This document shows, in pieces, positions 52,891 through 64,000 of a stretch of 64,000 bases of DNA. A program made the position numbers and the translations under genes. The DNA comes from Eledone cirrhosa. Lineage: Eukaryota. Numbering within the stretch: position 1 is the first letter of the stretch; the number at the start of each line of letters is the position of its first letter. The notes beneath the pieces were generated by a model. It searched no databases. It had not been told where the DNA came from and saw only the letters and a list, made by a program, of their open reading frames with translations. The DNA lies in assembly GCA_964016885.1 (NCBI GenBank), contig OZ024744.1, forward strand, positions 51,398,001-51,462,000, in the 5' to 3' direction.

Positions 52891-53790
52891 TAATGGAATG
52901 ACCAATAAAAATATGAAATTCCAAAACAGTTTGTGTCCACCCAATTTTACTCATATGGCATGAAACACTTCTCAGACTAGAGTGCAGAATCTATCACCCA
53001 TTCCCCTTTCCCTTCCTTTTCTTGTTTAATTTCTTCTTTCTTTTTCTTCTTATTTTTACACTCTTTTACTTTTCGTTTCCTTATTGCCATTTACATCGTA
53101 GTTTTTCTCACATTTACTCTTTAGTTTATTAAACTGTGGAAACTAAAAAAAAAAACATTGGTTGATCCGGGCCACGGCAAATGGCGCTTATCCAAGGTGC
53201 TACGCATGATTGTGAAATGAACTTCTTACCATTCGGCCGTGTTGCGTTCATATATAGTTATGTGTAATAGGGTACCGTAAGTGTAGCTAGCAATAGGTGT
53301 GTTCTTAAGATGTAGTTTGGGGTTCAATCGTTTTGCACAGTGTGTTGGTTGGATAATATTATCTAACGAAGCCACAGACATGCAACAACCATTTGTGAGT
53401 GAAATATGTATAGATGGAAACTGTGTAAGTAGACCGTTTGAGGAAACATTCCTGTTGTTTGGGTGATAGATGTTACAAGTCTTTAAGTAGACGTCCGCCA
53501 TCTAGCCCTTGCTGAATATATTCAAGTTGGAAAGGAGGGCTATCTTCATCATCTGTTCAAACTACTAAAATAACCCCCACGCCTCCCGCGCTTACAAACT
53601 CTCAGAATGATGGGCGGCCATGATATAAATTTTGACATGTGGTTTCGTTGGCGTTAGAGACAGATAAGTTGTCTCGAAGCGAGACTAGAGCAAATAAGGG
53701 GCGTCTGTGAATTGGAGTAAAATTCAGCTGGCGAGCTCTGAAAGGCAATATCTGCTTATTACATATTGAAGATGCAGCGAAGGGACGATA

Positions 53791-53882
<92 letters not shown>

Positions 53883-54449
53883 GTTTGGAGAAAGAACGGG
53901 TGTTGCAAGGATCATGCCTACTGGCCTGGGCTTGAAGGTCTTCTTCAAGAACGGAGTTTATTGATCAGGAGTGTTATAAGAAACAAATGAGCGAGTGATT
54001 GATTGATTGATCTAAAAATAACAACAAAAAAAGTGTCCATACCTGAAGATATTGAAATCTCTGAATGATACCACATTGTCTGGTGTTCTTTGGAGGCGTT
54101 CATTAAAGGAAACAGGTCTTCTTCCTGAATTAAGATTTTTATTAGGAAGTCTTCTGGGATTTGAGCATATTAACACCGCTACAATATTTGATTTGAGCAG
54201 GTAGAGAAATACAGTTCTATCATTGTAATTAATTCTTTTTCTTCTTCTTCTTTGCCTCCTTCACTCCCCTCCTCTTTCCTCTGTCCCTCGCCTCCCCTTC
54301 CCCTTCTTCTTATTATTATCACCCACCCCCTCAACCCCCTCCCTTGCCGTGTTCACAGTTCAAATCCCGCCGAGGTTAACTTTAATCGATCTTTCCTTGC
54401 TTGCCAAATTGTTGTCATTGTGCCTAAATTAGGAACCATTATTATTATG

Positions 54450-54610
54450 GATGGACCGAAAGGTTAAATTTCTCGGGATCTGTTTTGGTCCAGACCTCCG
54501 TGTGGGCAAGGACTGGGATGAGGTGACAAGGAGAAATGGGACGAGTGGTGGAAGCTATCTCTGAGGTGGTGAATCTTACATTGCCTCGGTTATCTATCAT
54601 CGAACTGTGA
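54450..54610 (+). pseudogene. Ancient Tx1 RT-thumb fragment
   Basis: DGPK-VKFLGICFGPDLRVGKDWDEVT resembles ORF2 EGPVKLLGVWFGPDLQVEKNWAEVT. Confidence 0.65.
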
Positions 54611-55519
54611 TCTCTCGATTCGAAGAAATAGTAGCTTTATCTGGAGCAACACCCTAATCTCCAAGTTACACATCGTATCGAGTAATGTTACTCCAAAGAC
54701 CCATCGGAGGAAATTCATCGCTTGTAAACTTGAATTTTCCCACATACTTCCGAGTAACTCCACTTACATGCCGAGTTCACTGGGAAGGTTTTCTTGAGAC
54801 GACAAATGTCCCAGTCTTCGCAGCACTTAATTTCATTCCTGCCGTGCAGCACTAGGCAGCAAAGCTATCCAGGGAATTTCGGAGAACATCTTTTATTATT
54901 TAATGACGTGCTGAGTTCAAATCCTGCCGAGGTTAACTTTGCCTTTCATCCTTACGGGGTCGATAAAATGAAGTATCAGTAGCGCACTGGGGTCGATTTA
55001 AGTGACTTGACCATCCCTACCCAAAGTTATTGGAACTATTGCCTAAATCAGAACCCCTTATTTTCTGAAAGAAATGGGCTGTGTTCAGACTTGAAAAGGG
55101 ATGGGCGTTACGAGGTTTCAATGACCAAGACGGCACCTCCACGACTTCATCAGGAGTTATGGGCGCATGAAAACATACACACCCACACACATATATACAT
55201 AGATACATACACACTTACATGCATATATATATATACACATACGCACATACATACACACACATGCTTACACACACATGCATACACACACATACATAGACAC
55301 ATACATAAATAGATACGTACATATATTTGATTGCTACTTCATGTCAGAAGAGGGCCATCCCTTCATTGGACATTGCATGATCATGTGCATTCAGGTGACT
55401 TTTCAGACCCACTTTTGTTTTGCAGATATGACACTTGAACTGTCTGTCTCCTGGTAATACCGGCTGGGGTGTGTCCTCATGCATTTACTATGTCTGGTCA
55501 GTCCACCCGCTGACTACAT

Positions 55520-55623
55520 ACATGATGATGGCTGCCCCCTCGTTATCGAGTATGGCCAATGCTCGAAAAAAATAATAAGACAATAATAATAACAACAATA
55601 ATAATAATAATATATATATATAT

Positions 55624-55720
<97 letters not shown>

Positions 55721-58607
55721 TGATAGCAACTAACAGCGCTGCGATCAAATGTGGCTTTTTAGCCCAGCCAATGATCTAAAATGTCTTGCACAGATTTGGC
55801 AACCAAAACATTCACTGGCAATAGCCGGTTGTGGTTTGAGTATATGTACTTTTGCATGTCGATTGAGCCCTCCTGCTGATTTACATTCTCTGCTACATGC
55901 TTGGCAAGCATGATGAGTAGCATCTCCAACAGCAGTCTGGTAGACAACCATTGGTCTCACTTTATGACTGCGAAGATGACTTTCGAGTCCAGCTTTGCTC
56001 GGCAGAATCTCGCAAAGACGCTGCATGTCAGCACCATAGGAGGACCTTTGCTGTCTGGAAATGCAACAGTAATGCCCTTCCTCACATCCCTCCTTACTTT
56101 CTCGTATGCGATTCTAGATGCCTCAAAGGCAACTTTTCCCTCATATACTTCCCAAAGTATCAGCAGAGATGTTAGCGTCTTTCAAAGAGGCTTTCAACGA
56201 ATCCTTATACCTCTTTTTTGGTTTATGTGGCGGTCGTTTTCCTTTAACTAACTCTCCATAAAAGAGTTGTTTTGGTATTCTAGAATCCTTTATCCTGGCA
56301 AGGTGACCACTCCAACGGAGTCTTTGCTTAAGCACAAGAGCTTCTATACTGTCACACAGAGAGCTTTCCAAAATCTCGACATCACTGATGTGGTCCCTCT
56401 AGTGAACGCCATGGATCCGTCTGAGACACATCTGATGGAAACGCTCCAGTTGTTTAAGGTGGTCTTGATATGTGACCCAGGTCTCGCAGGCATAAAGAAG
56501 AGAAGAGAGCACACCTTCCTTGTACACCTTTACCTTTGTCTTCTTGCATATGTCTCACCGACCCCAGAATCGCCTTTCTAGCTTTCCGAAAGCATCACTC
56601 GCTTTCCTAATCCTGAGTGGAATTTCATTATCAAGATTTTTGTATCGATTGACAGTGCTTCCCAGGTAGACAAACTGATCAACCACTCCACGTCGTTTAC
56701 CATACACATAGATATTTGGTTCACTGTACTGCTTACCAGGGGCAGGTTGGTACATGACGATGGGTTTCTTGAGACTGACAGTCAATCCTAGGGCAGTGCA
56801 AGCATAAGAAAATGCATTCAAAATGTGTTGCATATCACTCTCTGTGTGCGCTACAAGATCGCAATCATCTACATACAAGAGGTCTCTTATGATTGATGTA
56901 AATACTTTTGTTTTTGCAGCAAAGCGCCTGATGTTAAATATGCTGCCTGAGGTTCGATATCGGATGTAAACACCATGTTTGAAACTCCTGAATGCAATAT
57001 AGAAAACCATTACAAAGTATATGGCAAACAGGGTCGGTGCTGGAATATCCCCCTGTTACACTCCATTTTTTACTGAGATAGGCTCCGACATTTACCTCTG
57101 ACATTAACCCAAGCCTTCATGTCGTCATGGAAAGACCTAACCAAAGAAAGGAACTTATCAGGGCAACCAAGTTTCTGGAGAACCTTCCATAATGCATTTA
57201 TGTTAACAGTATCGAAAGCTTTTGTCAGATCGACAAAAACCTGATACAGATCCAAACCTTGTTCCATGCACTTCTCTTGGAGCTGTTTAGCTGAGAAGAT
57301 CATATCAGTAGTGCCGCGTCCAGCACGAAAACCAGATTGATTTTCAGGAAGAACACAATCTGTAATGTCTGTCAGCAGACGGTCCAGAAGCACCCTACAT
57401 AAAATATTTCCTACGACAGAAAGCAATGATATACCTCTGTAGTTTCCACAATCATTCTTGTTACTCTTTCCCTTGTACAATAACACCATTACTGCATCTC
57501 TCCAGTCCTCAGGTACGGATTCACTAATCCATATCAAACAAAGAGTGAAGATGTTGCAGAAGTCTTTCACCACCATATTGTAGGAGCTCTGCATGTATGC
57601 CATCGATACCTGGAGACCTTCCACTCTTCAGCTTGGAGATAGCTACTGCAAATTCCACAAGCATCGTTGGTTCTGCGAGAGCTACTTTCACAGGTTTTCC
57701 TGGAATGAGATTGAGGAAATCTTCATTGGCGACAGAGGGCTGATTCAAAAGTTCATCAAAGTGTTCGCCGCCACCTTCATAGAATTCCCTGTGAGTCACG
57801 AAGAAGTTCCTTGCCATCCTTGCTGCGAAGAGGTGTCACCAAAGAAGAGGACGCCCCATAAACTTCACGCAAGAGACTGTACAACAGCTTTGTGTTATTG
57901 TAATCTGATGCAGCTTGTATCTCATCAGCCTTCTCACTCCACCACTTATCCTTCATCTTTAAAAGACTCCTCCTAAGACGTGATTTCACATCCTTGAGTT
58001 CCTTATGCAACATATTCTTCTGTGGTTTTGCCGTCAAGTAGCGTGACGGAGCACGCCTCTTATCAGCCAACAAGTCTTCTATATGTTCATCATTCTCATT
58101 AAACCATTCTTGATGTTTTCTCTACACCAATCTAAGAACACGCCTGCTTACATCATAAACCGACTTTTTAAGGGTCAGCCAATCCTCACCAAGATCTGCA
58201 ACCTGCATCTCTTCTTGCAATGTCCTCTTCACATTTTTATCTCTAAGACGAGCAGCAATCAATCTTCTGGGCCGGGTAACACCAGGAGCCCGGATTTTAC
58301 GTTTAGTGATTAGTTTCACTTTTGCGCGTACCAAGCGGGGGTCCGTCCAGCACTCAGCTCCACGAAGAGCACAAACACACTGCACTTCCCGTCTGTCACG
58401 AATCCTGACAAGGACGTAGTCCAAAAGATGCCATTCATTAGATGCAGGATGCATCCATGTGGTCCAAATTTGTTCTTTTGCTGGAACATGGTGTTGCTAA
58501 CACTCAAATCCAGCTTCTCACACATCTGCAACAGGAGAATACCATTGTTGTTACAATTTCCCACTCCATCTCTTCCGATTACATTCCATGTGTTAATATC
58601 CCTACCC
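55520..58607 (-). mobile_element. Decayed RTE (BovB-like) LINE, 5'-truncated in the APE domain
   Basis: WHLLDYVLV, GRSPGIDGI, NYRGISLLS, QSGFRAGRGTTD, DLTKAFDTV, YVDD, LRWSGHL, KQLFYGEL and C-terminal C2H2 fingers. Frameshifted. An RTE-type tail lies at 55523-55562 beyond a microsatellite tract. Confidence 0.9.
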
Positions 58608-59086
58608 ACAAAAGGAGAGTATTTATGCAGAACTGATGAGAAATCTGCAGATACTCCACCCTGATTACACCTTCAGATTTATGTCTGTGATTATTAGGGC
58701 GCTGGGGTATGTTAGTAACTGCCTCAATACAAATCTTGAGAAGCTAGCCTTCACAGGAACAGAAAGAACACAACTAGTTAGGAAATTACAAGTACAATCC
58801 ATTAATTGAACAGTAAAAATATGTAAAACATTCCAAAAATGTTGCATCTAATAACTGCATATACACATGTACAGATACAAAGCATATACACATGCACATA
58901 TACAACTCAAAACATCCACATCCACACATACAATAACATCCATATCTACACATGCATGCATGCAGACATACATACATATCTACCAAGTTGATGTGTAAAT
59001 TCCAATGAGAGAGTCTTGTGTCTATGTTAGAAACCGACTCTCTCTCTATTGGGAAAAATTTGTGAAATTGTAAAATCAGAAGAACA
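58608..59086 (+). mobile_element. R4/Dong-like LINE 3' fragment
   Basis: IYAELMRNLQILHPDYTFRFM plus a 3'UTR matching the reverse complement of 34558-35030. Ends cagaagaa(CATA)n. Confidence 0.9.
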
Positions 59087-60070
59087 TACATACATACACA
59101 CATACGTTCATACACACATACATACACACATACGTACCCAAACACATACATACATACATACATACATACATACATACATTCATACATACCCAAACACATA
59201 CATACACACATAAACTTAAATTCAGATTGGTAGTTGATCTTGCTATTTGAAATCCTGTACGACGACGGTAGGCATTCTAATTGTTTGATCCCTTGATCAG
59301 CCTTCTTGTAAAATTAATGAGTACTCTCGGGTCATAAATAATTATGTGGTGGGGTGATTAAGCGGGGATGGGAAAATCGGTAATTTTTCTAGGGAGTCTC
59401 CGTTGACTTTTTTTAAAATCCAGAATTAGTCGTTTAATTTACGTATTGAAACCCTAACCCATCCAATTTATTTTATAACGTATGTGATTTCTAGTAATGT
59501 ATTTTTTTGTCATGCATTATGTTTTCTAATGTATAAAGAAAATTAGTTGTTGCAGATATGCTACTACTTAAATTAAAATTTCGCCAAAGATAGATTAGAA
59601 CAATTTAACTAGCCGAACGGGTGGAATAAAAGCGGTGAGGGGGCATCTGAAAAAATAATAAGTCGGATGGGGAGACCGCTTATTCGAGACTTAGAGTACC
59701 TAATTCTCAAAGAGGTTCGTGATGACACTATATGCTATAAAACTGTTCCTTCGAATTATAGGGAGAATCTAATTTCCCAGCGGTTTCAAACACAACCTTA
59801 CGATCGCAACCTGAATACCTTAAACCACAAAGCCACGTGTCTTCACCATTTCCTCACTGACTCCATCTTAATCTTTATATTGTATATATGAAGACAATGT
59901 TACAGGTAACAGGAAAAAATGACTCACATCTAGGAATCGAACTCATGTTCTTATGGGATTTCTAGATTCACAAAACAAACTGAGAGGCAGGTATATATAT
60001 ATATATAGAGAGAGATAGATAGATAGATACATATATATATATACCTACATACACACATATTTATGTATAT

Positions 60071-60146
<76 letters not shown>

Positions 60147-60150
<4 letters not shown>

Positions 60151-61141
60151 GAGATGAAATCGAAAATGCAACTGGAGTCTTATTTTAAAAAAATATATAT
60201 ATATTTATTTGGTTCCTTTACCGGTTTCGCATTTCTTCTGCTTTTCAAAAGAAGAGTTGAGATGGAGGGTCTGTGGTTTTTCTCACATCTGGTTGGTCTC
60301 TGAATGTTACTTGTTTTATATGGAAAAAGTGGCTCGAAATGCCAGGTTTTTCGAGAAGTAATTTGATTGGTTGGTCAATAATTATAATAAATTTCGCGCC
60401 AGTTCGCGTTACAATAGTTCTTCAAATAAGAGCGGGGGTTTGTCACAGGTTGTTTTTTCATATATGAGTGTTTGAATTTATTTTTACTTGAAAAAAGGGG
60501 CTCACGAAGGCTTTTTTTTTTCTTTTTCGTTGGTTATAAATGAAATTATGGCTGTCACGTGAACAAGTTTTCATTAAATTTTCGCGCCCTTATTTGGAAA
60601 TCCATTCTGTAGACTTTTTAGAGAATTTTATGATAAGTAAAAGATAATGGTAAAGAGAAAACTTGTTCACGTGACAGCCATAATTTCATTTATAACCCCC
60701 CCCCCCCAAAAAAAAAGCCTTCGTGAGCCCCTTTTTTCAAGTAAAAAGAAATTCAAACACTCATATATGAAAAAACAACCTGTGACAAGCCCACTCTTAT
60801 TTGAAGAACTATTGTAACGCGAACTGGCGCGAAATTTATTATAATTATTGACCAACCAATCAAATTACTTCTCGAAAAACCTGGCATTTCGAGCCACTTT
60901 TTCCATATAAAACAAGTAACATTCAGAGACCAACCAGATGTGAGAAAAACCACAGACCCTCCATCTCAACCCTACTTTTGAAAGCAGAAGAAATGCGAAA
61001 CCGGTAAAGGAACCAAATAAATATATATATTTTTTTTAAAAATAAGACTCCAGTTGCATTTTCGATTTCATCTCTTTTTCTTTATACTTTCACTCGTGTA
61101 GGACACCTCGGTTATTTTTCATTTTGTAAAAAAAACCTCAC

Positions 61142-61145
<4 letters not shown>
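60147..61145. mobile_element. Large fold-back element (~425-bp arms, ~85-bp spacer) inside (TA)n
   Basis: 60147-60571 is the reverse complement of ~60658-61078. The termini are shared with 19930-20048, 27780-27980 and 63222-63345. Confidence 0.85.
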
Positions 61146-61211
<66 letters not shown>

Positions 61212-61231
61212 TGTAATATATATATATATAT

Positions 61232-62985
61232 TCTTTGTTGTCCATCGTAAACGATGATGACATCTTCTTTATTTTAGTTCCCGTCTGCCGTGGGCACGAA
61301 GGTGGCTGTGGATGCCGATCCTTGACTTGCAGGTGCGGGGACATGGGGGCAGGGGAAGAGACCGGAGTAGCTTGGGCAGCTGTTGATGTCTTTCTCCTCC
61401 TTTCACGGGCCTCAGTGACTTCTGCCCGTCTCTTCTCTTCAGAAGAGTCTTTGGTGCGTCTGGTAAGGTCTCGCCACTCAGTCCTGTCCTGAGCATGGGA
61501 CCCGAGTTGTTTTGGGGCGATTCCAGTGTTGTTGATACTGGACTTCACGCAGTCTTTGAACCTCTTGAGAGGCCTGCCCCGCTTTCGTTTCCCCGAACAG
61601 AGTTCCCCATACATCAGTTACTTCGGAAGCCTGTGATCGTCCATCTGGATGACATGACCCACCCATCGAAGTCGGCTCTTCAGTATCATGGCTTCGACAC
61701 TGGTTGTCTCAGCCATGTCAAGAACTTCGAGGTTGGAGACCATGTCCTGCCATTTGATGTTCATGATTGGCCGCAGGCTGCGCATGTGGAACCGTTCCAG
61801 CTGCTTCAGGTGCCTTCAGGGTCCATGTCTCACACCCCTAGAGGAGGCTGGTGAGAACAACGGCCCTGTACACCTTAAGCTTGGTGGACTGCCTGATGTT
61901 GTGCTGGTTCAGGACGCGTGTCCTCAGGCGGCCAAGGGCTTGACTGGCCTTGCAGATCCTGGCGTTTATCTCCTCGTCGAGGCTTCTATCGCTGCTGATG
62001 ACACTGCCGAGGTACTTGAAGTCGTGCACCGTCTTTAGCTGGGTGCCGCCGATGGAGATGGAAGGAGGGTGGGCGACAGAGGCAGGTGCAGGCTGGAACA
62101 GGACCTCAGTCTTGTCAAGGCTAATTGTGAGACCGAAGAGGCAGGAGGCCTCCGCGAACTTGTTGACGATGACTTGGTGGTCAGACTCCCTGTGGGCCAT
62201 GAGGGCACAGTCGTCAGCAAAAAGTGCCTCCAGGACGATTCTCTGCACGGTCCTTGTCTTGGCCGTCAGGCGCCGCAGGTCAAACAAAGAGCCGTCCAGT
62301 CTGTATCGCTGATACACTGCGTGCTCGAGGTCCCTGACGGCATGATTGAGCACGCAGGTGAAGAACAGATTGAAGAGGACGGGAGCCAGCACGCATTCTT
62401 GCTTGACGCCGTTGGTGATTCCGAACGGCTCCAATGCCTCTCCGCCCGAGCGTACCTGCCCGGTCATGTCGTCATGGAATTGCCGTATCAAGTTCACCAA
62501 CTTTGTCGGGCATCCAAACTTCGACAGGATCGACCAGAGGGCTTCCCTGTTGACAGTGTCGAAGGCCTTCAAGTCTATGAAGACGGCAAAGAGGTCCTCC
62601 ATGTTCTGCTCGACACACTTCTCCTGCACCTGGCGTACAGAGAATATCATGTCGATCGTACTGCGGTTTGGGCGGAACCCACACTGGGCCTCAGGCAGGT
62701 TGTCTTCCGAGATGTTGGCGATGAAGCGGTTGAGCATGACCCAAGCCAGGACCTTCCCAGCGATGGACAGGAGAGAAATGTCCCGATAGTTGCCACAGTC
62801 AGTTTTGCTGCCTTTGTTCTTAAAAAGCGAGACAACTGTGGCATCCCTGAAGTTTTTGAGCACCTCTTTTTCCTCCCATATGTTGACTGGACCGGCCGAC
62901 TTGAAGATCTCGGTACGAATCCCATCCTTCCCAGGGGTCTTTCCTGAGCTGGTCTGGTTGATTGCCTTCGTGACTTCATCCAACG
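61232..62985 (-). mobile_element. 5'-truncated RTE (BovB-like) LINE, GC-rich subfamily
   Basis: GKTPGKDGI, NYRDISLLS, QCGFRPNRSTID, KAFDTV, GVKQECVLAP, FADD, FKYLGS, YGEL..GKRKRGRP..RFKD. Tail CATCGTTTACGATGGACAACAAAGAA. Confidence 0.92.
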
Positions 62986-63004
62986 TGGTGGTGGTGGTGG
63001 TGGT

Positions 63005-63035
<31 letters not shown>

Positions 63036-63153
63036 GGGGGGCAATGCTGCTGACTACGGGTTTCTGTCGGAAACAGAAATAACAACACAATCTGTGCAGT
63101 ATATGGCAGTATATGGAAAGGAGATATTAGGTTGACGCACACAGACATACACA

Positions 63154-63201
<48 letters not shown>

Positions 63202-63364
63202 ATTATAAATATATATATAAGGAAAAGAAATCGAAATTGCAACTGGAGTCTTTTTAAGAATATTTATTTATTTCCTTTACTGGTTTCACAGTTCTTCTGC
63301 CTTTCAAAAGTAGAGTTAAGATGGAGGGTCTGTGGTTTTTCTCATGTGTGTGTATGTATAAAAT

Positions 63365-63445
<81 letters not shown>

Positions 63446-63639
63446 ACCGTTTGTAATCGTCCGACCTGTTAGAATTAGTAGGTAGATATATCAACATACA
63501 TCTCACCGTATAAAAAAAGAAAGAAAAATGAAGGTGACATTGGACAATTTAGTCCTAGCCATACAAATAGATGAGATATCCACGGCTGGAGCGTCTTTAA
63601 TCGTAGATATCATCCGTCAGATCTGATGTGGAGGCAAGA

Positions 63640-63678
63640 AACAGCATCATCAACAACAACAACAACAGCAACAGCAGC

Positions 63679-63743
<65 letters not shown>

Positions 63744-64000
63744 ACACAGCAACAACAACAAACACAGCAACAACAATACCAATAATGACAGCAGCAACAC
63801 CAACAATAACAACAACAACTACTACAAACAACAACAACACCACCATCAAAACCACCACCGCCTCCACCACCACCACCACCAACAACACCACCAACACCAT
63901 TAAGACCACCACCACTCCACCACCACCACCACCACCAGCAACAACGACAACAACAACAACAACAACAGCAATAACAGCAGCAGCAGCAACAACAACACCA
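63640..64000. repeat. (CAA)n/(CAC)n/(CAG)n trinucleotide tract
   Basis: Directly visible in the sequence. Confidence 0.95.

Noticed and set aside
53226-53501. Possible host first exon (ATGGCGGAC... ending in GTAAG)
   Set aside because: The peptide is unrecognisable, and the apparent donor is the A-box region of a tRNA-derived SINE head.
63597-63915. Poly-N/H/L/V ORFs
   Set aside because: They are trinucleotide-repeat translations with no supporting gene structure.

Overview
This is eukaryotic, AT-rich, repeat-saturated DNA with no recognisable host exon. The SINE family and the microsatellite density suggest an octopus or other cephalopod (inference). Nearly all ORF-track entries are microsatellite artefacts. 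The real content is: (1) a stack of L1-clade Tx1-type LINE insertions at 3541-11760, including one apparently intact copy, always bounded by (TATC)n; (2) R4/Dong-like restriction-like-endonuclease LINE copies bounded by (CATA)n; (3) two decayed RTE LINEs plus a short non-autonomous RTE-tailed element bounded by (TATG)n; (4) more than a dozen type-I hammerhead-ribozyme motifs in short, often fold-back, Penelope-type repeats, mostly next to (TA)n; (5) many tRNA-derived SINEs, a deleted mariner, a 36-bp x ~43 minisatellite that is open on both strands, and a 2.3-kb (TATG)n array with a 720-bp higher-order duplication. The main signals are the dense hammerhead population and the apparent partitioning of microsatellite types among retroelement families.
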